Below are positions 26,749 to 35,906 of a stretch of DNA of 64,000 nt, piece after piece. A program made the translations under genes and the position numbers. Origin of the DNA: an uncultured Acidobacteriaceae bacterium (GTDB taxonomy: Bacteria > Acidobacteriota > Terriglobia > Terriglobales > Acidobacteriaceae); NCBI GenBank assembly GCA_963815775.1, contig CAWFIB010000005.1, positions 17,482 to 81,481 of the forward strand, read 5' to 3'. How positions within the stretch are numbered: the stretch's first letter is position 1; each line of letters starts with the position of its first letter. Under the pieces are notes generated by a model that saw only the letters and a program-made list of their open reading frames with translations, made no database searches and had not been told where the DNA came from.

Positions 26749-28476
26749 CTATCGTTTCTTTGCCGCCTTTTTTGCCACAACCTTCTTCGCCGGGGCTTTC
26801 GCCGCTTTCTTCGCAGCTTTGACGGGGGCCGCCTTTTTCGCTGGAGCTTTCTTGCTCGCCGAACCCTTGGCCGCCGCCGGCTTGGATTCCTTCGCAGCAG
26901 CTTTTGCTGCCGGCTTCTTTTCCTGTGCCGGCGCTTTTGCTGTCGCCTTCTTCGCTTCCTTGGCAGCTTTCACCGGCGCAGTCTTCACCGGCGCTTCAGG
27001 CTTGGCCGCTGCCGACGGCTCAGCCGTGGCCGGAGCCGTGGGCACAGCCGCAGGAACTGGAACGGCCGCGGGTACTCCCTTCGGTTTCCGCCCGCGCTTG
27101 GCTGGGGCCGCTGCCGCCGAAGCACCGGGAGTTGCAGCCTCTGCCGTAGCCGCTGCCGCCTTGCCCCGTCCCCGTCGCGCTGGCGGAGGCGGCGGAGGCG
27201 GCGGAGGCTCGTAGGGTTTCAGAAAGTTCACGATTTCGTTATGCGAGCGCAACTTGCTATCCAGCAACAGCAGGAAGGCCTCATCCAGAATCTTCGGATA
27301 CTCCGGCAACTGCGCGGTGATACGCATCTCGGCCATCTCCGGGAAGGGAAGCTTTTCTCTTACCTGCCGCCACTTCCCGAAGAAATTCTTCAGCTTCGCA
27401 TCGACCGACTGCTGCTTGGTGGTGATGCTCAAGAACAAAACATCTTCCGGCGCCGCATTCGCCAGCATCTTCCAGGCTCCCGAGGTTGTCGCCGCCTCAC
27501 GCCCGCTGAGCTTCCTTGCCAGATCGTGCGCCCGGCTCTCCAGGTGCTTCCATTTGTCGACGAAGTCGCGGCGCGGAATCAGCCGCTGAATCTCGGAGAT
27601 GTCTTTGTCCGACATCTTCTTCGTCAAGAAATACATGGTGATGGGCCCGGTCTCGGGGAAGTAGCCGAAGTTGTTCATCAACTGGCGCTGCTTCATCACC
27701 AGCCCCACATCTCCGGCCTCAATCTTGGCTGCCGTCCAGTGGGTATGCAAAACCTTCAGCCAGCCTTCACGCTCCAGCGCACGCACCACGGTGACGGGAT
27801 CATCCTCGTGGGCGAGTTGCTCCAGTTCGTGTCCGATGGAGCGCTTGCCGATGTACTCGATATAGTTGTTCTCTTTTGCGGCGTCGTATCGTGCCTGGGT
27901 GCGTTCTTCCAGCGCATAGTGAAAACGCGCTGCCAGGCGGGTTGCTCGAATCAGGCGAATCGGGTCTTCCAGAAATGCATAGCTGTGCAGGATGCGCAGC
28001 ACCTTGGCTTCGATATCGGCAGTGCCGTTGAACGGATCGAGCAACAATCCGCGTGAACCGGGATTGAGCGACAACGCCATGGCGTTGACGGTGAAGTCAC
28101 GCCGGCGCAAATCTTCATTTATGGTTGCGGAAGTGATGGTCGGCGCCTTGCCCGGCTTGTCGTAGACCTCCGAGCGCGTCATGTTCAGCTCGGCGCGCAC
28201 GTTGCCCGGCATCAGCAAGTAAAGAATCCGCAGGTCCTCGTCAATCCCTTGCACGCTGATTCCGGCCTTCTCCAGTTCTTTCTGGAGTTTGAGCGGATTA
28301 CCCTGAACGCTTAGATCGATATCGCGAATGGGAAAGCCGGTAATCAGGTCCCGGATCGTCCCGCCCGTCAGGTAGATGTTTAGCCCCGCATGGCGGGCGA
28401 TCTCCTGGACCAAAACCACACCTTTTTGCTGATCCGGGGTCAGCCGGGTGTCCATGCTGTAGATATAGTCTGCCAT
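26749..28476 (-). CDS. class II nucleotidyltransferase (CCA-adding / poly(A) polymerase family) with a Pro9 linker and a ~150-aa Ala/Lys/Pro-rich histone-H1-like tail
   Basis: Head-domain motifs LTGGTIRDLITGFPIRDIDLSV and RRDFTVNAMAL. A run of 9 Pro codons lies at 27181-27207. The tail is composed of AKKAAxKAPAKK-type repeats. Confidence 0.8.
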   Translation of the reverse strand: MADYIYSMDTRLTPDQQKGVVLVQEIARHAGLNIYLTGGTIRDLITGFPIRDIDLSVQGNPLKLQKELEKAGISVQGIDEDLRILYLLMPGNVRAELNMTRSEVYDKPGKAPTITSATINEDLRRRDFTVNAMALSLNPGSRGLLLDPFNGTADIEAKVLRILHSYAFLEDPIRLIRATRLAARFHYALEERTQARYDAAKENNYIEYIGKRSIGHELEQLAHEDDPVTVVRALEREGWLKVLHTHWTAAKIEAGDVGLVMKQRQLMNNFGYFPETGPITMYFLTKKMSDKDISEIQRLIPRRDFVDKWKHLESRAHDLARKLSGREAATTSGAWKMLANAAPEDVLFLSITTKQQSVDAKLKNFFGKWRQVREKLPFPEMAEMRITAQLPEYPKILDEAFLLLLDSKLRSHNEIVNFLKPYEPPPPPPPPPARRGRGKAAAATAEAATPGASAAAAPAKRGRKPKGVPAAVPVPAAVPTAPATAEPSAAAKPEAPVKTAPVKAAKEAKKATAKAPAQEKKPAAKAAAKESKPAAAKGSASKKAPAKKAAPVKAAKKAAKAPAKKVVAKKAAKKR

Positions 28477-28843
28477 CTAAGCGTAAGATTCTATTGTATT
28501 TCCTGGGCAAATCATGTTTTGGCAAGACAGGCCAGTGGATCTACAGACTTCCATACTGCTCCCCCCGCCACGAAAATGACTGTCAGATTCCGGAATGCCC
28601 GTCTTTGATTCCTGGGAAACGGATAGCTGCAACCTCTACTCGAATCGAGACTTACGGGACATCGGCTCCGGGAGCGCTGCACAGCGAACAATAACACAAG
28701 GTTCATGTTTTGGCTACAAAGCTCGTTATGAAGAGGCATTCGTGGAGTAAAGATGCGAAAATGAAGCCGGTAGCAGCCTTACCCTACTAGCAGTCGGGCC
28801 GTCGTCCATTCCGACACTATCGGCTGCGTAGCACTGAGCTCAA

Positions 28844-29317
28844 ATGTCTTCCACCCGCAAGAAAGTCATTGTTCGCAAGCTCGATCGCGATACCGCCGCC
28901 GGTTATGTGGGCTCCCAGTTCGTTGCCGACGGAAAGCTTGAGCTACTCAATACCGCCGGCAACGTCGTGACCATCGCGATCGTTGACATTAAGGGCGTGT
29001 ACTTTGTGCGCGAGTTCGGCGAACCTGAGTCGCTTACCCGCAAGACGTTTGCTTCGCGTCCGCGCGCTGAAGGACTCTGGGTGCGGCTTCGCTTTCGTGA
29101 CAACGAAATCATTGAAGGGTTGATGCCCAACGATCTGGTTCAGGAGGGCAGTGACGGTTTTTCTATCATTCCGCCCGACACCCGCTCTAATACACAGCGA
29201 ATTTTCGTCCCGCGCTCAGCCCTGGCGGAGATGACCGTCATCGCCGTGATCGGGGAAAAGAAGAAGCAGCACGCACCCGGGCCGGAAGACGCCAGACAAG
29301 TTTCCATGTTCGGGTAA
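28844..29317 (+). CDS. hypothetical protein (no family recognised)
   Basis: 157-aa ORF with plausible globular composition, isolated between two long non-coding stretches. Confidence 0.55.
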   Translation: MSSTRKKVIVRKLDRDTAAGYVGSQFVADGKLELLNTAGNVVTIAIVDIKGVYFVREFGEPESLTRKTFASRPRAEGLWVRLRFRDNEIIEGLMPNDLVQEGSDGFSIIPPDTRSNTQRIFVPRSALAEMTVIAVIGEKKKQHAPGPEDARQVSMFG

Positions 29318-29856
29318 CCTGCTTACTTTCCCACTATGCGATGTCGATGAAAAAGTCGATTCGGAACGCTTCGTGCTTCCCGAATCTTCCGAATAGCACC
29401 CCCCGCAAGAAGCCAGCGCCGCAGGCGACTCAATCTAGCCCAGCAGGAAGCGAAGCGGAGTGCTGGGTTGGTCCGGAAAAAAATGCGAGTCCCATAAGGG
29501 ACGGCAAATGCTTCATCCGAAGATGTACCCCTCATCGTTTACGCCAACTACTTCACTGAGAGTGCGCAGGCGATCGTCAACGCAGTGTCGCCGCCTTTCT
29601 GCCGAAGTGCGTGGCCGTGGATTCATCTGCCGCCCCTCCGAGACTCGGGTGTTGTAATCGGGTGCTGTAATGCGTTATCCCAAGATTGCGCTGCGCTCCA
29701 TCCAACCCACAAGCGCCCTTCAACTCGGCTGAGGACAGGCGACAACAGCGCTTGCAGAGCAGCCGGCCACCCTGAGCTGTCATCAGATGCGGCCTCCGAA
29801 CCTGCGCACATCGTACCTTCATCATCACGCCAGGCTGTTTGCAGTCGTAAAGGAAA

Positions 29857-29888
29857 GCAGGTCCTTCGCTTCGCTCAGGATGACAAAC
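29857..29888 (-). repeat. dispersed repeat, family B (inverse orientation)
   Basis: gcaggtccttcgcttcgctcaggatgacaaac is near-identical to 53620-53650 and is the reverse complement of the 12658 / 53532 type. Confidence 0.8.
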
Positions 29889-30023
29889 ATGATGAAGCGC
29901 CGGAAGAGTTGCGGCCCAGCTTCCCACTCAACCCGCACAGCGCGTCATTCGATGGCGTAGCCTACATTTCAACGACTAGCATGTGAAGTCTCCCGAATTC
30001 GCCAATTATCATCCATATAGGCT

Positions 30024-31142
30024 ATGCGTGCCCGATATCAGCGCTGGATCTACAACTGGGAAGCCCGTCTCACCTCGCGAGACACCAACCGCATCGTCCG
30101 CCCGCTGGAGTGGGGTACGGAGTGGGCATCGGCCTGGCCAATGGTCGCCGATATTCGCCCGCCGCAGGACGCCGGCGACTCCGCCGCCATGATCGACTAC
30201 TGGATGGCGGTGAATCAGCGCATCATCGCCAACAGCGATGAGTTTTACGCCTACCAGTCCCCGACCGATTTTCGCCTCGAACGTCGCAAGGTGGAACTGT
30301 TTCACACCGGAAGTGAGCCGCCCAAGACGAAGCTAAAAGACGAGGCGGCACATTTCTTGCGATTCACCTCGCCAATCGAGACGCCCTATAGCGAGAACAA
30401 TTTGATGAACGCTCGCTGGTTCCCGGCAAAGGGACAGCGTGCCGTGGTTGTCATGCCGCAGTGGAACGCCGACGGTATAAGTCACAATGGCCTCTGTCAC
30501 ATCTTCAACCGGCTGGGCATTGCGGCATTGCGCATGAGCCTGCCCTACCACGATATCCGCCGTCCCGAGGGGCTGACGCGCGCCGACTATGCTGTGTCGG
30601 CCAATATCGGCCGGACGATTCATGCCGTCAGGCAGGGAATCGCGGACATCCGTTCTTGCTTCGACTGGCTGGAGCAACAGGGCTACAGCAAGCTCGGCAT
30701 TGTCGGCACCAGCCTGGGCTCATGCTATGCATTCATCGCGGCGGCTCACGACCCACGCATCGCGGTGAACGTCTTCAACCACGCTTCGACCACTTTCGGC
30801 GACGTGGCGTGGACGGGCCAGTCGACGCGGCACATCCGCAAGGGAATGGAAGGCACACTGAACCACGATCAGGTGCGCGACCTATGGATGTGCATCAGCC
30901 CCATGGTCTACTTCCAGAAGTTCCACCGCTGGCCGAAGAAGTCGCTGATGATTTACGGCCGCTACGACCTGACCTTCCTGCCCGAGTTCTCCATGCAGGC
31001 CGCGACCGAATTCCTCAAGCGCGGACTCGATACCACCATCAAAGCGCTGCCTTGCGGCCACTACACACTCGGCGAGGCTCCCTACAAATACCTGGACGCC
31101 TGGCATATCTCGCGCTTCCTCGCCAAGGCCTTTGCGGGTTAG
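30024..31142 (+). CDS. alpha/beta-hydrolase fold protein
   Basis: Nucleophile elbow GTSLGS, with conserved C-terminal Asp/His candidates (YGRYD, CGHY). Confidence 0.75.
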   Translation: MRARYQRWIYNWEARLTSRDTNRIVRPLEWGTEWASAWPMVADIRPPQDAGDSAAMIDYWMAVNQRIIANSDEFYAYQSPTDFRLERRKVELFHTGSEPPKTKLKDEAAHFLRFTSPIETPYSENNLMNARWFPAKGQRAVVVMPQWNADGISHNGLCHIFNRLGIAALRMSLPYHDIRRPEGLTRADYAVSANIGRTIHAVRQGIADIRSCFDWLEQQGYSKLGIVGTSLGSCYAFIAAAHDPRIAVNVFNHASTTFGDVAWTGQSTRHIRKGMEGTLNHDQVRDLWMCISPMVYFQKFHRWPKKSLMIYGRYDLTFLPEFSMQAATEFLKRGLDTTIKALPCGHYTLGEAPYKYLDAWHISRFLAKAFAG

Positions 31143-31446
31143 CCAGAAGCTCTCCTGGCTAAGCGATCGCCAGTATTGCCTGCAGATGAATGTCTCGCTC
31201 GTGAGCAGGTGCTCCCCTGATTAGAAAATCGATTCGAAATCGGAAGACACGAGTTCGCTACCCCGCGAAATTTCCTTGACAAGCTACTGCGTGGGCAGCA
31301 ATCATCCGAGGACACGCTGAGTCAGTCGGCCTGAGAACATTGCAGTTCGAAGGGGAGTCCTGCAACCTGGCCGTATCGAAGCTGATCGTCGCGCTTCATC
31401 AAGCTTTCACATTTGTGGTGTGGGTCAACAAGGGTAAACCGTAGCC

Positions 31447-32496
31447 GTGAGTCTCGAACCTCCAGCTGCATCTCTCGTACGCAGCGTTTTTGCTGTGGGC
31501 TTTGGTGTGTGGGCGAGCTACTCTCAGGCAGCGGCTCGGCTCAATCCGGCTACTCCAAATATCTTCAGTCCGGCTTCCACCCCGGCCCAATCCATCTACC
31601 ACCTGTCTTTATTTGTGATTGCAATCTGCGGGGCGATCTTTCTCACAGTTTTCAGCCTGCTGGTTTATGCCGTGGTCAAGTTTCGCCGCCGCGCCGACGA
31701 CGATGGCCGCGAGCCTCCACAGATTTATGGCAGCAACCAGATGGAGCTGGCCTGGACGGTGATTCCCGTAGTGATCGTGGTGGTGCTGTTCCTCGCCACC
31801 GCGCGTGTCATCCACGCTATAGAAGACGCCAAGCTCCCATCCAGCACGGTAGAAGTCATCGCCGTTGGCCATCAGTTCTGGTGGGAGTTTCAATATCCGC
31901 AACAAGGATTCACCACCGCAAACGAGTTGCATGTACCGGTCAGCCATGGTTCCGAGGGGACACCCACGCACATTAAGCTGCTGTCGGCCGACACCGATCA
32001 CAGTTTCTGGGTCCCGAAACTTGCCGGCAAGACCGACCTCATTCCCAATCACCCCAACGAAATGTGGATTGAACCGCACGAGACCGGGGTCTACCTGGGG
32101 CAATGCGCTCAATATTGCGGAGTGGAGCACGCCAAGATGCTGCTGCGGGTGATCGTCGAATCCCCGGAGGACTTCCAGAAGTGGGTTGACCAGCAGAAGC
32201 TTCCCGCAGTACAGGCAGCAAGCGCTGCGCGTGGGCGGGAGATCTTCGAGACGACGGCTTGTGTCAACTGCCACACGGTGGCAGGTACGAACGCGCACGG
32301 CACTTTTGGACCTGATCTGACCCACCTCATGAGCCGCGAAACCATTGCTGCCGGTGCTGCGCTCAACACCCGTGAGAATCTGCGCCAGTGGATTGAGGAC
32401 CCTGACGTCATCAAGCCCGGTGCGCTGATGCCCGCCATGAAGATGAGCCAGGCTGACGTTGACGCCTTAACCGATTACATGCAGACGCTGCGCTGA
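31447..32496 (+). CDS. ctaC: cytochrome c oxidase subunit II with a fused C-terminal cytochrome c (caa3-type)
   Basis: CuA site HSFWVP...CAQYCGVEHAKM and C-terminal haem c motif CVNCHTV...MPAM. GTG start. Confidence 0.9.
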   Translation: MSLEPPAASLVRSVFAVGFGVWASYSQAAARLNPATPNIFSPASTPAQSIYHLSLFVIAICGAIFLTVFSLLVYAVVKFRRRADDDGREPPQIYGSNQMELAWTVIPVVIVVVLFLATARVIHAIEDAKLPSSTVEVIAVGHQFWWEFQYPQQGFTTANELHVPVSHGSEGTPTHIKLLSADTDHSFWVPKLAGKTDLIPNHPNEMWIEPHETGVYLGQCAQYCGVEHAKMLLRVIVESPEDFQKWVDQQKLPAVQAASAARGREIFETTACVNCHTVAGTNAHGTFGPDLTHLMSRETIAAGAALNTRENLRQWIEDPDVIKPGALMPAMKMSQADVDALTDYMQTLR

Positions 32497-32508
32497 CAGG
32501 ACTGAAAA

Positions 32509-34197
32509 ATGTACGACGCTGACTCTATCTCGCAACCCATGTTCGTGCCCGAGGCGGGCGCGGCCAGCCGCCCGTTCTTCGAGCGGTTACACGAGTGGAT
32601 CGTCACCGTCGATCATAAAAAGATCGGGCTGATGTATGTCAGCTATGGCGTCTTGTTTCTGGTGATTGGCGGGATTGAAGCCGCGATCATGCGGGCCCAG
32701 TTGGCGGTCGCCAACAATCATCTCGTCTCGCCTGAAACCTTCAACCGCATGTTCACCATGCACGGTACGACCATGATCTTCTTCGCGGCCATGCCCATCG
32801 TTTTTGGCATCGCGAATTATCTGGTTCCGCTGATGATCGGCGCGCGCGACATGGCTTTCCCCCGCCTCAATGCCTTTAGCTTCTGGATGAGCGCCCTGGG
32901 CGGCATCGTTTTGTACTTCAGCTTCATCGCCGGCAGTGGACTCTATGGCGCGGGCTCGGCCCCCGACGTTGGCTGGTTCGCCTACGCTCCGCTCACTGCC
33001 CAGGCCTTCTCCCCGGGACACAGCACTGACTACTGGATCATCGGCCTGCTCATCGCCGGCGTCGGATCCATCGGCACCGCCTTGAACATCATGACCACGA
33101 TTTTCTGCATGCGCTGTCCCGGCATGCTGCTGCGCCGGATGCCACTGCTTGCCTGGATGAATCTGGTCATGTCCGGGCTGGTTTTAGTGGCCGTATCGCC
33201 CTTGACCTCGGCACAGGTTATGCTGCTGCTCGATCGCTACCTGGGCGCGCACTTTTTCGACACCCAGGCCGGCGGCTCGGCCGTCATCTGGATGCACTTC
33301 TTCTGGATCTTCGGCCATCCCGAGGTCTACATCCTGGTGCTGCCGGCGTTCGCGATCATCTCCGAGGTCATTCCGGTTTTTTCCCGCAAGCCGATCTTCG
33401 GCTACAACATCATGGTGCTCGCAACCATTGCCATCGGCTTTATCAGTCTCGGCGTGTGGGCCCATCACATGTTCACCGTTGGCATGACCTCCTACGCCAA
33501 TGCATTCTTTGTGGCTTCGACGGCGGCCATTGCAGTTCCCACCGGGATAAAGATCTTCAACTGGCTGGGCACCATGTGGGGCGGGAAGCTGATCTTCAAA
33601 ACCCCGATGCTGTTCTGCGTGGCAGCCGTGGCCCAAATGCTGATTGCGGGACTAACCGGCATCATGCTGGCAACTGCGCCATTCGATTGGCAGCTCGGCA
33701 ATTCCTATTTCGTCATCGCTCACTTTCATTACGTCATCCTGGGTGTCATCGTCTTTGCTGTGTTTGGCGCCAGCTACTATTGGTACCCCAAAATCACTGG
33801 CAGGCTGATGAACGAGACCTTGGGGAAGTGGCATTTCTGGCTGTTCCTGATCGGGTTTCATGTGACTTTTGACTTCATGCACATCCCCGGCCTTCTGGGC
33901 ATGCCGCGCCGTATTTACACCTACGATGCCAACCGGGGCTGGGAGACCTGGAACCTGATCGTCTCGGTCGGCGTGGTCGTTCAGATTGTGGCAATCCTGT
34001 GCTGGGTAGTGAACCTGCTGTGGTCGAGATACAAGGGCCCTATCGCCGGAAACGATCCCTGGGATGCCTGGACGCTGGAGTGGTCGACCACATCGCCTCC
34101 GCCCGATTACAACTTTGCCCTCATCCCCACGGTGCGCAGCCGCCGTCCGCTGTGGGACTTGAAACATCCGGAAGATCCGGACTGGAAGTACGAGTAG
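32509..34197 (+). CDS. ctaD: cytochrome c oxidase subunit I
   Basis: 562 aa, 12+ TM helices, canonical WFFGHPEVYIL-type segment (HFFWIFGHPEVYILVLP) and HHMF, FHYV motifs. Confidence 0.95.
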   Translation: MYDADSISQPMFVPEAGAASRPFFERLHEWIVTVDHKKIGLMYVSYGVLFLVIGGIEAAIMRAQLAVANNHLVSPETFNRMFTMHGTTMIFFAAMPIVFGIANYLVPLMIGARDMAFPRLNAFSFWMSALGGIVLYFSFIAGSGLYGAGSAPDVGWFAYAPLTAQAFSPGHSTDYWIIGLLIAGVGSIGTALNIMTTIFCMRCPGMLLRRMPLLAWMNLVMSGLVLVAVSPLTSAQVMLLLDRYLGAHFFDTQAGGSAVIWMHFFWIFGHPEVYILVLPAFAIISEVIPVFSRKPIFGYNIMVLATIAIGFISLGVWAHHMFTVGMTSYANAFFVASTAAIAVPTGIKIFNWLGTMWGGKLIFKTPMLFCVAAVAQMLIAGLTGIMLATAPFDWQLGNSYFVIAHFHYVILGVIVFAVFGASYYWYPKITGRLMNETLGKWHFWLFLIGFHVTFDFMHIPGLLGMPRRIYTYDANRGWETWNLIVSVGVVVQIVAILCWVVNLLWSRYKGPIAGNDPWDAWTLEWSTTSPPPDYNFALIPTVRSRRPLWDLKHPEDPDWKYE

Positions 34198-34210
34198 AGG
34201 AGACTACGTT

Positions 34211-34807
34211 TTGGCAGCACCGAGCATTGCGCTGAAACCGCCTGAGATGCCGCTGGCGCACGAACTGCGTGGGCGCGTGGGCATGTGGTGCCTGATCGTG
34301 GCGGAATCGTCGATCTTCACCATCTTTGTGGTCGCGTATCTCTTTTACGCGGGCAAGAGCCTCAACGGGCCCTACCCCAATCAGGTGCTGCATGTTCCGG
34401 TGTTCAACTCCATCTGCCTGTTCGCCAGCAGCTTCACCATCTTGATGGCCGAGCGCGCTCTGCGGCGCAATGTGGTCAAGTTGTTCGGGATTTGGTGGTT
34501 CTTCACCATCGTGCTGGGATTCATCTTCATCGTGGGTACGGCGCGCGAGTGGTATCACCTGATCTATCACGAAGGGCTCACCATCAGCACCAACCTGTTT
34601 GGAACGACGTTTTATTCGCTGGTGGGCCTGCACGCGTTTCACGTCATCGTCGGGCTGACCGGCTTGACGATCATCATGATTTTCACTGCCCTCGGCGATG
34701 TCACCCAGGAGCATGAGCATCGCATCGGAGTCTTCGCCATGTATTGGCACTTTGTGGATGCCATCTGGGTGGTGGTTTTATCGGTTGTGTACTTTATTGC
34801 GCGATGA
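34211..34807 (+). CDS. ctaE: cytochrome c oxidase subunit III
   Basis: About 5 TM helices. The HAFHVIVGL and YWHFVDAIWVV motifs are typical of subunit III. Start is TTG at 34211 or ATG at 34247. Confidence 0.85.
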   Translation: MAAPSIALKPPEMPLAHELRGRVGMWCLIVAESSIFTIFVVAYLFYAGKSLNGPYPNQVLHVPVFNSICLFASSFTILMAERALRRNVVKLFGIWWFFTIVLGFIFIVGTAREWYHLIYHEGLTISTNLFGTTFYSLVGLHAFHVIVGLTGLTIIMIFTALGDVTQEHEHRIGVFAMYWHFVDAIWVVVLSVVYFIAR

Positions 34808-34820
34808 AGCTCCGAATCGG

Positions 34821-35039
34821 TTTTGAAGGGGCACGACTTCAGTCGTGCCGAAGAGAGCGAATCGCGTCAGGGCACGACTTCAGTCGTGTCGAACAGGACT
34901 GGTAAAGATTAGGGCTTTAGCCCCTGAGGAAATGCCGAGTCCGCCGGGGACGGCACAAAAACAGGGGACTGAAGTCCCCTCGGGATGATAAGGAAAAGGG
35001 ACACACAACGGCGCAGCTAAAGCTGGCGCCCCTTCAAAG
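34821..35039. repeat. composite of about 6 stacked GC hairpins bounded by inverted ttgaaggggc / gccccttcaa ends (family A/F)
   Basis: Read directly: cacgac-ttcag-tcgtg occurs twice, followed by agggc-ttt-agccc(c)t, aggggac-tgaa-gtcccct and gcgcagc-taaa-gctggcgc. It lies between ctaE and the next gene. Confidence 0.8.
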
Positions 35040-35042
35040 ACC

Positions 35043-35906
35043 ATGGCAATGCCGCAACCACCCGTCCAGAGCCATCCCGAGCAGGTCGACATCGCCCTGC
35101 CGGCGCCGACAGCGTGGCCCTTCTTCCTGGCGATAGGTGCTGCCCTGTTGTTCGCCGGCCTGCTGACCAATGTCTCGCTGAGCATTCTCGGTGCGATCCT
35201 TTATGTGACCGCCGCCGCAGGCTGGTTCCGGCAGGTGCTGCCGCACGAACATCACCTGACGATTACGGCTACGGTGCCCGCCGCAGAAAAGGCTTTGGCT
35301 CCTCCTGAAGTGCAATACGTGCGCTCCGCGGAGAAGATACAGCGCGCCTGGCTGCCCTTGAAGGTTTACCCCATGGTCTCCGGCCTGAGAGGCGGTTTGG
35401 CCGGCGGTGTAGCCATGGCGATCTTCGCTATGCTGTATGGGGTTTTCGTGGTGCATAGCATCTGGTACCCGGTCAATCTTGTTGCCGGAACCCTTTACGC
35501 ACCCAATGCGATGCCCTCAACCCAATCGCTTATGCAGTTCCACCCTGCCTGGTTGCTGTTTGCGGTGGCCCTGCACCTGACCATGTGCGTGCTGGTGGGT
35601 TTGCTGTATGGCGCCATGCTTCCCATGTTGCCCGGCCGGCCGATCGTGCTTGGCGGCATCATTGCTCCGCTGATTTGGACAGGGCTGGTCTATTCCGTCC
35701 TCGGCTTTGTCAATCCGCTGCTGGACGAACGGATCAATTGGGTCTGGTTCGCCGTGTCCCAGGTCGCCTTCGGCGTGGTCGCGGGATTCGTTGTTGTTCG
35801 GCACAGCAAGGTCTGGACCGCTGAGAACCTCCCATTGGCCATGCGCGCCGGTATCGAAGCGCCCGGCCTTATGCAGGAGCGCGATTCCGGAGAAGAGGGG
35901 CGATGA
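35043..35906 (+). CDS. hypothetical polytopic membrane protein (~7 TM) embedded in the oxidase/bc cluster
   Basis: 287 aa and hydrophobic throughout. Its stop overlaps the start of the dihaem cytochrome c gene by 4 nt. I recognise no family. Confidence 0.65.
   Translation: MAMPQPPVQSHPEQVDIALPAPTAWPFFLAIGAALLFAGLLTNVSLSILGAILYVTAAAGWFRQVLPHEHHLTITATVPAAEKALAPPEVQYVRSAEKIQRAWLPLKVYPMVSGLRGGLAGGVAMAIFAMLYGVFVVHSIWYPVNLVAGTLYAPNAMPSTQSLMQFHPAWLLFAVALHLTMCVLVGLLYGAMLPMLPGRPIVLGGIIAPLIWTGLVYSVLGFVNPLLDERINWVWFAVSQVAFGVVAGFVVVRHSKVWTAENLPLAMRAGIEAPGLMQERDSGEEGR

Noticed and set aside
27181-27207. (GGCGGA/G)n tandem repeat as a non-coding microsatellite.
   Set aside because: It lies in frame inside the nucleotidyltransferase gene and encodes nine prolines. 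It is reported under findings as a coding feature instead.
28495-28720. Possible sigma-54 promoter or regulator sites. The candidates are the repeated ttcctggg(c/a)aa and tcatgttttggc motifs in the divergent region upstream of 28844.
   Set aside because: The GG-N10-GC spacing of the -24/-12 consensus is not met in either copy. Two short imperfect direct repeats alone are not enough to call a binding site.
31270-31305. Sigma-70-like promoter upstream of the oxidase operon (ttgaca, 17 nt, caatca).
   Set aside because: The -35 element is perfect but the -10 hexamer matches the consensus poorly. Promoter consensus for this phylum is not established, so it is not listed as a feature.
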